Shown one piece after another: positions 17,191 through 25,163 of a stretch of DNA of 28,937 bases (position 1 is its first letter; every line of letters begins with the position of its first letter). The stretch is from a virus (Duplodnaviria > Caudoviricetes), in IMG/VR virus record IMGVR_UViG_3300042363_001610, positions 1-28,937 of that record. The stretch is one strand, 5' to 3'. The notes beneath the pieces are model-generated. The model saw nothing but the letters and a program-made list of their open reading frames with translations. It ran no database searches and was not told where the DNA came from. A program made the translations under genes and the position numbers.

Positions 17191-17502
17191 CTACCCCCCT
17201 CTTTTTTTTCTGCCCTGACAGTGTGCTTTTTGACTAAACCCTTTTGGGTTGTTACAGTTAATTGATTTTTTATATTTTTGAGACCACTTTTCATCTATTG
17301 GTTCTTTGGATAGTTTGGTTTTCCAAAACTTAAATAAGTTTTCTTTATCGTAAACCTTTTTTTCTTGGTCCCATCCACAGTCATGACAAAGATATGGGTG
17401 TGAGTCGTCACTTTCTTTTTTCCAAGAGTGTTCACACTTTTCACATTCAATCTTTTCGTTGAATATTCTATCTGCCTGTTTTTCTGATATTAGTATTTTC
17501 AT
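17191..17502 (-). CDS. small zinc-ribbon protein with a C-terminal KWSQKYKKSINCNNPKGFSQKAHC module
   Basis: CEKC...CHDCG; ATG at 17502 (MKILISEKQ); TATTTAT at 17523-17529 inside the end of the upstream gene. Confidence 0.75.
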   Translation of the reverse strand: MKILISEKQADRIFNEKIECEKCEHSWKKESDDSHPYLCHDCGWDQEKKVYDKENLFKFWKTKLSKEPIDEKWSQKYKKSINCNNPKGFSQKAHCQGRKKRGG

Positions 17503-17504
17503 TA

Positions 17505-17819
17505 TTAACAATCTGAATCATTATAAATACCAACTAAATAGTTATAGTATTTGTCATATATATATTGTTCAACCTCATCTCTTATTTCTATCATTGATTC
17601 GGGTGGTCCTTCATAATCTTCATCCTCATCATCTGGATCACAATATCCCTCATCACAATAATAAAAATGAATTCCCTGTAAAATACAAAAGTCGGCGTAG
17701 TCGTCTTCATCCTCAAAATCACAAGGATCCTGTATTTCTGTTTGATACTCTATTATATCTCCAATCTTTTCTATCTCTACTCCTCGTCTAAGTAATCTAA
17801 TAGGTATTTCTTGATTCAT
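17505..17819 (-). CDS. hypothetical acidic protein
   Basis: 104 aa, D/E/Y-rich, 4-nt overlap with the upstream gene. Confidence 0.7.
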   Translation of the reverse strand: MNQEIPIRLLRRGVEIEKIGDIIEYQTEIQDPCDFEDEDDYADFCILQGIHFYYCDEGYCDPDDEDEDYEGPPESMIEIRDEVEQYIYDKYYNYLVGIYNDSDC

Positions 17820-18664
17820 AACTGAATTTTTTCTTTGGTTTTATTATCATAAATATTGAAGGGCGTTGCTATTATTACCCAATCAACAAACTTATAATCT
17901 TGGTCGTAAGCTTTTGGATTTGCTTTAACTTGAATTGTTTTGGTTCCAAAGTCAGGATGAGACATAATAAGATCGGTTCCGTATACCATATCAATTAAAT
18001 CACCATTACCGCCTTCGTACTCAACTTTAAATCCTTTGTCTTGTAAGTATTCTTTGACTCTTTGTTCAGCACTTTCGCCTTGCTGAGTTGTTCTTTGGAT
18101 ATTTTTGGTATAATCATATAACATGTTCGGATCTTCGAAGTACTCCTTAACCATATCTTCTATTTGGGATTTAATCCTCATTAGAGTATTTGTAGGGTCT
18201 TTTATAACACCTTGAATTATGTCGTTGTTTTTTTTCTTATAAAGAAGTTCTGTTATAAGTTCGGCCAAATCATAATAATTTGTATTTAATTTATTTATCG
18301 GTTGCCATTCACCATTCAAATAAACCAACTTATTGTTTTCTATTTTATTTTTAATAAAATCTTCTTTTTCGGTTTCCGTTATTTTTCCAAGTGATTCTAA
18401 AAAATTGGCACCATCAATAAACTTATTCTTTTGATCTTGGGGTATTTCAGTTTTTAAATCTTTAATCTTTTCATCAATAATAGATCTTAAATTAAGACCA
18501 TTACTTTTTGAAAGAAGACTTTTAAGTGATCCAATTTTACTACAAACAAACATTTTTTGTTTATTACCTGAGAACCTGTCGCAAAATCTATACTCAGGTT
18601 GATCTTCAGATTCAACCATTAAACTTTTAATTCTTTCAATATCTTCTTTAAGTATTTTATTCAT
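17816..18664 (-). CDS. protein with a C-terminal PD-(D/E)xK-like nuclease domain
   Basis: GESAEQRVKEYLQDKGFKV...GTDLIM...TIQVK matches the E..D..QxK restriction-endonuclease-like fold. Confidence 0.65.
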   Translation of the reverse strand: MNKILKEDIERIKSLMVESEDQPEYRFCDRFSGNKQKMFVCSKIGSLKSLLSKSNGLNLRSIIDEKIKDLKTEIPQDQKNKFIDGANFLESLGKITETEKEDFIKNKIENNKLVYLNGEWQPINKLNTNYYDLAELITELLYKKKNNDIIQGVIKDPTNTLMRIKSQIEDMVKEYFEDPNMLYDYTKNIQRTTQQGESAEQRVKEYLQDKGFKVEYEGGNGDLIDMVYGTDLIMSHPDFGTKTIQVKANPKAYDQDYKFVDWVIIATPFNIYDNKTKEKIQL

Positions 18665-18666
18665 TA

Positions 18667-19398
18667 TTAAAATTTTAAAGTCATATAATGTTCATCTTCA
18701 TTTTCTTCCACATTTTGGTTGTGGGTCAATTCTACAGTTTGATTTTCAAAATTGAACTCTATTGATCCGTTGGATCCTTCGTTTATTTCCCATCCCCCAT
18801 AAAATACTTCCAACAAGTCGTAACAAATATATTCTAATTGTTGATTTAAACCTTTTGATCCCTTTGAAGAATCTACCATATCTTGAACCCACCCGCTATC
18901 TCCGCTTCCGTCATAACTACATCTACAAGACTCACCATAAACAGATTTTAATTGTTCAACAATTGCAGGATCTGATAATTTTTTTGCTTCCCTATCATCT
19001 CCTCTCCATCCTGTTGCCATATTGGAAAAAAAGGAAAAATCTTTTTCAATACGACTTTCTTCGGTATTAACCACATAATAATCATACATCACATCAAGTT
19101 CATTTCTTTCAACATTTATGGTGAAAGTTAAACTACCGTTTTCATTATCATAATAATCATTATAGAAATTACCTGTATCAAAATTATCTCTAATGGTTTC
19201 AAAGAGCTCTTCAATTGATCCAGGTAAAAATGATAATTCATCACTAACATTTCTTCCTCCATGAACAGGACCATACAAACTTTCAAATTCACTGTCGTAA
19301 CATTGGTAGTACCAAGTCACACCATCCTCCATGTTTAAGGAGTTCAGTAACTTTGAATACTTTTTTAAATCTTGTATTTGTTTTTCTGTAAGTTCCAT
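18667..19398 (-). CDS. DUF6878-like acidic protein
   Basis: YDGSGDSG...GWEINEGSNGSIEF signature (family recalled from memory); upstream TATTTAT. Confidence 0.6.
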   Translation of the reverse strand: MELTEKQIQDLKKYSKLLNSLNMEDGVTWYYQCYDSEFESLYGPVHGGRNVSDELSFLPGSIEELFETIRDNFDTGNFYNDYYDNENGSLTFTINVERNELDVMYDYYVVNTEESRIEKDFSFFSNMATGWRGDDREAKKLSDPAIVEQLKSVYGESCRCSYDGSGDSGWVQDMVDSSKGSKGLNQQLEYICYDLLEVFYGGWEINEGSNGSIEFNFENQTVELTHNQNVEENEDEHYMTLKF

Positions 19399-19411
19399 AT
19401 GATATTTTCTA

Positions 19412-19418
19412 ATAAATA
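19412..19418 (-). promoter_or_regulatory. TATTTAT motif (putative late promoter)
   Basis: ATAAATA on + strand in the 23-nt intergenic gap. Confidence 0.55.
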
Positions 19419-19421
19419 CTT

Positions 19422-19775
19422 TTAATCTTCAAACTCTAACTTTTTTGTTCGAGTTGCCCATGTTGGTCTTTCACCAGATATTAATATCTTCATCCATTCA
19501 GAAGCTGAAGGAATATGACCATCACAATCTTCTTTGACATGTTGTTCTCCAACATATCTAGTGTATACTGTTTTTCCATCGCTATTTTTAAACTCAGGAC
19601 CGAACTTTTCTTGAAGTTCGAATATACCCTCTGAGTGATGTCTAAAAGCCCTATGTAAAGAATGTCCATACCATCCTTTGGTCTCATCTAACCAATTGTG
19701 AATATGAATATAATCTTCCCATTTTCCACCAAACTTTTTGGCCGAACTCTTCGCGTGTAATATTGGGTGTGCCAT
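19422..19775 (-). CDS. DUF6915-like His-rich protein
   Basis: MAHPILHAKSSAKKFGG..DYIHIHNWLDETK..HRAFRHHSEGIF..VGEQHVKED..IPS..W. Confidence 0.75.
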   Translation of the reverse strand: MAHPILHAKSSAKKFGGKWEDYIHIHNWLDETKGWYGHSLHRAFRHHSEGIFELQEKFGPEFKNSDGKTVYTRYVGEQHVKEDCDGHIPSASEWMKILISGERPTWATRTKKLEFED

Positions 19776-19824
19776 ACTATTGTTTAATTGATGTTTTTTT
19801 GTTGTATCATTACTAAAAATAAAC

Positions 19825-19831
19825 TATTTAT
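19825..19831 (+). promoter_or_regulatory. TATTTAT motif (putative late promoter)
   Basis: TATTTAT on the + strand, 19 nt upstream of the plus-strand gene at 19851, so the motif follows gene orientation. Confidence 0.5.
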
Positions 19832-19850
19832 TTGAAAAAAGAAATTCATA

Positions 19851-20684
19851 ATGGATCCAAATAAAATTCTTTTACTCGTAAAATTCACCAAACAAATTCA
19901 TAATTCCTTGGAGGGTTCTTCTAATCCCAAAATTTTTAATACTGTTGAGGATATTAAAGAAGAAATCAATGGAGACGATTTTTTAAGTCTATACCTTTCC
20001 AAGTTAAATGGTTCTGAAACAATATATTTATTTTTTTCAATTTTTTATTACCACATATCAGGTGATGCTGCAAAATCAGTAAAGTATGTTTTAGAAAATC
20101 TTAAAGGTTACCAGTTCTTTGTATATGAAGAAAGTGGTTATATATCTGAGGATTGTGAAAATTGTGATGGGAGTGGTAAAGAATATTGTGATAATTGTGA
20201 CGGCCAAGGTAATATAATTTGTAGATCATGTGACGGTGATGGTAAAGAAGATTGTTCTACTTGTGATGGATCAGGCCAAGATGATGAAGGAGATGCTTGT
20301 GGTGAATGTGATGGAAGTGGCAATGAAATTTGTAATGAATGTGATGGAAATGGTGATGAGATGTGTTACAGTTGTGATGGCGATGGATATAACGATTGTT
20401 ATAAATGCGATGGTAGTGGAAATATAGAAACAGATATCATGGGTTATGATGAATTCTTTGATAAAGTATATACCACAAATAAACTTGGTGATATGAATGA
20501 CGATATTCCTTTTGAGGAGCGTTATTATAATTCAGTTGTACTCAAACAACCTTTCTTAAGACAAAGAAATTACAGAGAAACCTACACCATGGAAGATATC
20601 CAACACGATTGGAATATAGGTGATGAAATATACGATCTAAACGATAATAACTTTGTTTTCTTTGGTGGTAAATTATTACTGTAA
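19851..20684 (+). CDS. protein with eight DnaJ-type CxxCxGxG zinc-finger repeats (no J domain)
   Basis: CENCDGSG, CDNCDGQG, CRSCDGDG, CSTCDGSG, CGECDGSG, CNECDGNG, CYSCDGDG, CYKCDGSG. Confidence 0.85.
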   Translation: MDPNKILLLVKFTKQIHNSLEGSSNPKIFNTVEDIKEEINGDDFLSLYLSKLNGSETIYLFFSIFYYHISGDAAKSVKYVLENLKGYQFFVYEESGYISEDCENCDGSGKEYCDNCDGQGNIICRSCDGDGKEDCSTCDGSGQDDEGDACGECDGSGNEICNECDGNGDEMCYSCDGDGYNDCYKCDGSGNIETDIMGYDEFFDKVYTTNKLGDMNDDIPFEERYYNSVVLKQPFLRQRNYRETYTMEDIQHDWNIGDEIYDLNDNNFVFFGGKLLL

Positions 20685-21191
20685 GAATTTCAACTTATAC
20701 ATAGTTGAGTAAGCCAACTCCTGTACTGTATCAATTTGATTTTGGATGTATGAATCATCACAACAATCTCTTTTTTCTTCAATTGTGTTTAATAAACCTG
20801 TAAAGTATTTCAATACTTGGTTTTTGTTTTTATAAGACTGATTCTTGTATGATTTGTAATTTGTTAAAAGACCGTATTTACCTTGATAAGATTCAATAAT
20901 ACCATCAACAAGTGCATCAATTCCTTCATAATACTTTTGCAGTGCTTTGTGTTCAGCGTAAGATTTTGTCCCTAAATGGAATATGTGTACTTGAGTTTGT
21001 GAATGTAATAATTGACAAACCATTTCACAGAAATCTTCATTATTATTTGATGAAGAGTCATCATCTTCTTGTTCATCGTTTTCTTCTTGATCATCATTTT
21101 CCTCTTGATCATCTTCGTCATCTTCTTGTTCCCAAAGATTTCTTCTTTTCAATTCTTCTTTTAATTTTTCTGTTAAATCAAACTTGTTCAT
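20676..21191 (-). CDS. ferritin/Dps-like protein (DUF5856-type) with an acidic N-terminal extension
   Basis: HIFHLGTKSYAEHKALQKYYEGIDALVDGIIESYQGKYG...IQNQIDTVQELAYSTMYKL. Confidence 0.78.
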   Translation of the reverse strand: MNKFDLTEKLKEELKRRNLWEQEDDEDDQEENDDQEENDEQEDDDSSSNNNEDFCEMVCQLLHSQTQVHIFHLGTKSYAEHKALQKYYEGIDALVDGIIESYQGKYGLLTNYKSYKNQSYKNKNQVLKYFTGLLNTIEEKRDCCDDSYIQNQIDTVQELAYSTMYKLKFLQ

Positions 21192-21208
21192 AGTATTACA
21201 ATTTTATT

Positions 21209-21215
21209 ATAAATA
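21209..21215 (-). promoter_or_regulatory. TATTTAT motif (putative late promoter)
   Basis: ATAAATA on + strand, 17 nt upstream of the ATG at 21191. Confidence 0.55.
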
Positions 21216-21226
21216 TCATCAAGTTT

Positions 21227-21724
21227 CTATTTCTCCACCAAATCTTTATCATGTATGATCACAAGTTCTTTTCCAAAGAACGAATCTAACTCTTTAATTT
21301 TTCTCTCAATCTCAGGATAATCAGTCCAAACTTTAACTCCTTCGTTCTCAGGACTGTAATCATTATCAACCAAATATTGAACTACCGAGTTTTCTTCGGT
21401 CGTTATAAATCCGTGAGCAAAATATCTTGGGACATACACTTCATCACCTTCATCCATTTCAAAGAAAAATACTTTATTGTAATCTTCAGATACTGGTCTC
21501 ATATCAATAACGAAATCCAATATCTTACCTGAAATAATTTTAATTAGTTTGGCTTGAGCATATTCGTTCTTTTGGAAATGTAACCCCCGAAGTGTGTATT
21601 TACGGGGGTTTACACTAATATTACTCTGTAACCAATTCTTATCTAACTTGGCAAGATCTAATGGACTGAATGTTCCTCGTTTATCTCTGAAAACTCTGTT
21701 CTCAATAAAATGCGCTTTCTCCAT
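21227..21724 (-). CDS. rmlC: dTDP-4-dehydrorhamnose 3,5-epimerase
   Basis: FRDKRGTF, QSNIS, TLRGLHFQ, QAKLI, DFVIDMR, YVPRYFAHGF, YSPENEG. Confidence 0.92.
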   Translation of the reverse strand: MEKAHFIENRVFRDKRGTFSPLDLAKLDKNWLQSNISVNPRKYTLRGLHFQKNEYAQAKLIKIISGKILDFVIDMRPVSEDYNKVFFFEMDEGDEVYVPRYFAHGFITTEENSVVQYLVDNDYSPENEGVKVWTDYPEIERKIKELDSFFGKELVIIHDKDLVEK

Positions 21725-22434
21725 TATAAAAATTGTATTTCATTTGTTATTGGGTTCCAATCAATATGCCAAGGCAAATGAGCATATAGGTATCGCTCAT
21801 TCAACATAGCGGCATTGAAGTAGTGTGTATGTCCATCGTAATAGTGACCATAACCAGTGTGGATGTGTCCGCAGATGTGGATCTTTGGTTTGATTTGTTT
21901 GATTCGCTCCGCAAGTAATTCACAACCCAAGTGAACATTGCGGTTACCTTCAACATCATCTAAGAATCCCCAAGCCGGACCGTGAGTAATCACGATGTCC
22001 ACATCTTCAGGTATCATATCCCATACCGCTTTCAACTCTTCGCCATTTCGTGGTAAGTTAAATGCCCAATTATAGAACTCAGGTTGCCATGGGCTACCCC
22101 AAATTTTCACAGTTTGTACATTAGGATCGTGTGGATCACTATCTCCAACTGTAATCCAATCATCTTGTAAATAATCAATCGTTTTATACCCAGTTAATAT
22201 ACCTAGTGCTTCTTCAGGTTTATCTTGCATCCAACGATCATGATTACCAGCAATGAATACTTTATGATCGTAATTATCAATCGCATCAAACCAATTGAAA
22301 AATTCCATTGCTTCCATTGGGTTATAACCTGAGTTCATGAAATCGCCGGCATGTAATAGTAAATCACCACCCTTCAAATCACCTGTAATGTGTTTGTGTT
22401 TGGTGTGTGTGTCAGAAATTATTGTTAGTATCAT
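21724..22434 (-). CDS. calcineurin-like metallophosphoesterase (MPPED/239FB-like)
   Basis: ISDTH, HAGDF, IAGNHD, IWGSPWQP, ITHGP, GC..L, GHIH. Confidence 0.9.
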   Translation of the reverse strand: MILTIISDTHTKHKHITGDLKGGDLLLHAGDFMNSGYNPMEAMEFFNWFDAIDNYDHKVFIAGNHDRWMQDKPEEALGILTGYKTIDYLQDDWITVGDSDPHDPNVQTVKIWGSPWQPEFYNWAFNLPRNGEELKAVWDMIPEDVDIVITHGPAWGFLDDVEGNRNVHLGCELLAERIKQIKPKIHICGHIHTGYGHYYDGHTHYFNAAMLNERYLYAHLPWHIDWNPITNEIQFL

Positions 22435-22643
22435 ATTGTGTTTCTTATTTTTCCAAAATCTGATTCAAATTTATACATAAGTTCTAACATGTCAAAACAA
22501 TCTAAATGGTTTTTCCATTTGTTTTTGAAATTTTCGAACATTCTTCTTGTGACCTTCATTTGATCCTCAGTCTTACAAGATTTCATAACTGTTTTGATGA
22601 AATCGTATTCATCAACCAAATTCAATTTTAGATTTTTTCCCAT
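22431..22643 (-). CDS. hypothetical protein
   Basis: 70-aa ORF filling the gap and overlapping both neighbours. Confidence 0.6.
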   Translation of the reverse strand: MGKNLKLNLVDEYDFIKTVMKSCKTEDQMKVTRRMFENFKNKWKNHLDCFDMLELMYKFESDFGKIRNTI

Positions 22644-23002
22644 TTGTTATCGTGATTATATTTAAAACTTCCTATGTGTTCTCTCTTCCATTCGTTTGGA
22701 GATATCAAAGATAGGAATATTTTCCCATCATTCGCATAATATAGGTGATAAATTTTTCCAATCACTGGTTCAAAACTAAATTTTGATTTATAGACCAAGT
22801 CATTCCATTTATATTCGTCAATAAGTTTTTGATATTCTTTTTTTAATTGTTCGAACCTATCTTCAAATTGTTTGTTAACATTTAAAACTCTTGGTTCTTT
22901 CCAGTGTTCTATATTTACAACTTGAATTGCGGGTGCCCCAACATTACTACCATAAGGAAGTAAACCAGGGTTTTCGGAAATATTATCAGGTTTGTTTGAC
23001 AT
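22628..23002 (-). CDS. DUF2452-like protein
   Basis: LLPYGSNVGAPAI, FSFEPVIGKIYHLY, FLSLISPNEW. Confidence 0.75.
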   Translation of the reverse strand: MSNKPDNISENPGLLPYGSNVGAPAIQVVNIEHWKEPRVLNVNKQFEDRFEQLKKEYQKLIDEYKWNDLVYKSKFSFEPVIGKIYHLYYANDGKIFLSLISPNEWKREHIGSFKYNHDNKWEKI

Positions 23003-23325
23003 TATAAAGTTTCAAGTTTATCTTTAATTTTATTAATTAGAATTTCATCTGTAATACTTTCAGTTGCCAAAATTTCTTTTAGTAAATTTTCTGTTTCTAA
23101 TTTTCCTTTGACTTTAACTCTGTGTGTTGCGTTTAACTCAACTTCATATAGTTTATATGCAACCTCATCAACTTTCTTTAACTTAGTAATATATTTTTCA
23201 ATTCGTTGGTCAAGTTTTCGTCTTCGTTCCATATTGGTTACGGTTGGAATCGCCTTATATAGTTCATCCAATCTACCTTTAAGGTATTGAATTTCTCCAA
23301 ACTTTAGTATTTCTTGTTCTGTCAT
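23002..23325 (-). CDS. hypothetical helical protein
   Basis: ATG at 23325 (MTEQEIL) overlaps the upstream stop codon. Confidence 0.7.
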   Translation of the reverse strand: MTEQEILKFGEIQYLKGRLDELYKAIPTVTNMERRRKLDQRIEKYITKLKKVDEVAYKLYEVELNATHRVKVKGKLETENLLKEILATESITDEILINKIKDKLETL

Positions 23326-23639
23326 TTTTTGTGGATTGGGTTTGTACAATTACCTTTATGTGAACCCCAAGCGCTTTGCCCATAACCCACTCTAATGTAT
23401 TCACAACCTCCATATGTGAATTCTGTTACATTTTTGTGACGATCATCAGATTTCTGTCTTAACCCTATGGGTTCTTCTATTTGTGGTTTTTGTTCTTCAC
23501 AAGATACAAGAGTCATAAGAACCATACCAAGTAAAAATCCAATTATCATAGCAAATAATGGGCCAACATCGACACCTTCTTTCACCATTCTTGGTTTTAC
23601 TTTAATAATTTTGTTTGGATCTATTTTAGGTTTTTTCAT
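23322..23639 (-). CDS. membrane-anchored protein or possible lipoprotein
   Basis: Hydrophobic LFAMIIGFLLGMVLMTLVS-C; C-terminal GCEYI...HKGNCTNPIH. Confidence 0.65.
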   Translation of the reverse strand: MKKPKIDPNKIIKVKPRMVKEGVDVGPLFAMIIGFLLGMVLMTLVSCEEQKPQIEEPIGLRQKSDDRHKNVTEFTYGGCEYIRVGYGQSAWGSHKGNCTNPIHKK

Positions 23640-23674
23640 ACCTAAAAAATAAATGATTTGTGTTGTTAAATCAA

Positions 23675-24127
23675 CTATGGTTTTGAATAAAATTTGATTT
23701 TGTTTTTAGCATTTTCTATTAACCAATCATCAACACAAGGTATTTTTTCTAAAAACTCCAATTCATGTTGATAACATACCACTTCTTCAAGATTTGGTTT
23801 CAGATTGAAGTTAGTTCTTTTGAAGAATAAATGTAGGGATTCATGAACAAGTATTGCGGAAATATTATAGATGTTTCCATCTTTCATTTCTCTTGTTGGG
23901 ATGGTAATTGTACTATCCCCTTCTGTTGTTGAGAATCCTCCGTTCCAATATGCAACATTAGAGCAGTTCTCCATAATCAGATAATACTTCTGAACATCAT
24001 ATTTCTTTATGGTGTCTAAAGCCTGTTCTACTTTATTTTTCCAACCATCCCCAACATCTGCAATACGGATTTGCGAGAAAGAGGATGACCAAAACATTAA
24101 CAATATCAAAAGTTGCCATATTTTCAT
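23675..24127 (-). CDS. exported HEXXH zinc metallopeptidase-like protein
   Basis: Signal peptide ending SFS-Q; AILVHESLH followed by EEVVCY. Confidence 0.65.
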   Translation of the reverse strand: MKIWQLLILLMFWSSSFSQIRIADVGDGWKNKVEQALDTIKKYDVQKYYLIMENCSNVAYWNGGFSTTEGDSTITIPTREMKDGNIYNISAILVHESLHLFFKRTNFNLKPNLEEVVCYQHELEFLEKIPCVDDWLIENAKNKIKFYSKP

Positions 24128-24576
24128 ATTTTGATAACGGCTTCATGAATAGCCTTTTTTAGTGCTGATGATACAGTCATTTTTTCAAAAGGTAACATAC
24201 CTTCTTTCACCTCGATCATAATAGCTCTGATCTCAGTTTCAGATTCCCCAATACCTTCATAACATTTACCATCGTAATATAATCTTACACCAACCTGTGT
24301 AACTGATTCTGTTTTCTCAACACCAACAATTCTGATTGTTGTTTTTGGTAATCCAAAGTAATACACCTCAACATCAATATCTTTTCCATCTTCAGATAAA
24401 CAGAACTTCTCAGATAGTTCGTCTTCAACTATTTGTCTTATACCAAAACGAATGTCTCTGTTTCCCATCTCTTTTAGTTTAGCTGTGTTGTAAACTGAAT
24501 CAACATAAACACACTGTTGAGCAGTTGCGATGTTACCAAGTAGTAACATACCAAGTAGTAAGATTAAATGTTTCAT
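24124..24576 (-). CDS. exported protein, shortened paralog of the CsgG-like protein
   Basis: Signal peptide ending ATA-Q; five colinear blocks match 27804-28544. Confidence 0.65.
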   Translation of the reverse strand: MKHLILLLGMLLLGNIATAQQCVYVDSVYNTAKLKEMGNRDIRFGIRQIVEDELSEKFCLSEDGKDIDVEVYYFGLPKTTIRIVGVEKTESVTQVGVRLYYDGKCYEGIGESETEIRAIMIEVKEGMLPFEKMTVSSALKKAIHEAVIKI

Positions 24577-25163
24577 TTTATTATGTATTGTTTAAAATCA
24601 GTTGATAATGGTTTTTCATTTTTGAAGTAATATTTCTCAGTTGTTTTTCCGTATTTAATTGTTTTAAAGTATCCATCAGGGACTGTTGCTCCTGTTGGTA
24701 ACACAACTGAAGTTTTAGAATAAATACATCTGATCTCAACAACTACAGTTTTATTTGTTTTTGCTAATTCTCTTTCCCTCGCTTCTAATAATCTCCAAGT
24801 TGTTCTATTTAAGTTTTCTTGTTGTAAGGAACAATTCAAATATGTGAATGTTTTAAATAACATATCTCTATCACAGTTGAAGTCTGCCGCAGGTGCCAAG
24901 TGTCCTTTATCATATGGGTTATTTTCATAATCTTTATTATCCGATGTCAGGATTGAATCACAGGTATAGAAGTCCATTCCCTTTCTTGATGCGTCTCCAT
25001 TTGGACACTGAACAGTATATCTAATAAACTTTGGTTGTTGTAATTTTTCAGAGTATACAATCTCAAACATATTTGTTTTGATGTAGATTGAATCTCTTAA
25101 TGTTTTCTGTGAGAAAACAAAGATTGGTAAGATAAAGATTAAGGTAAGTAATAGTTTTTTCAT
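24573..25163 (-). CDS. exported DNA/RNA non-specific endonuclease (NucA/EndoG family)
   Basis: Signal peptide; YDKGHLAPAADF, TF.YLN..LQ...LNR..WRLLE, VPDGYFK. Confidence 0.92.
   Translation of the reverse strand: MKKLLLTLIFILPIFVFSQKTLRDSIYIKTNMFEIVYSEKLQQPKFIRYTVQCPNGDASRKGMDFYTCDSILTSDNKDYENNPYDKGHLAPAADFNCDRDMLFKTFTYLNCSLQQENLNRTTWRLLEARERELAKTNKTVVVEIRCIYSKTSVVLPTGATVPDGYFKTIKYGKTTEKYYFKNEKPLSTDFKQYIIK

Noticed and set aside
19851-20684. dnaJ
   Set aside because: No HPD-containing J domain, G/F region or DnaJ C-terminal domain.
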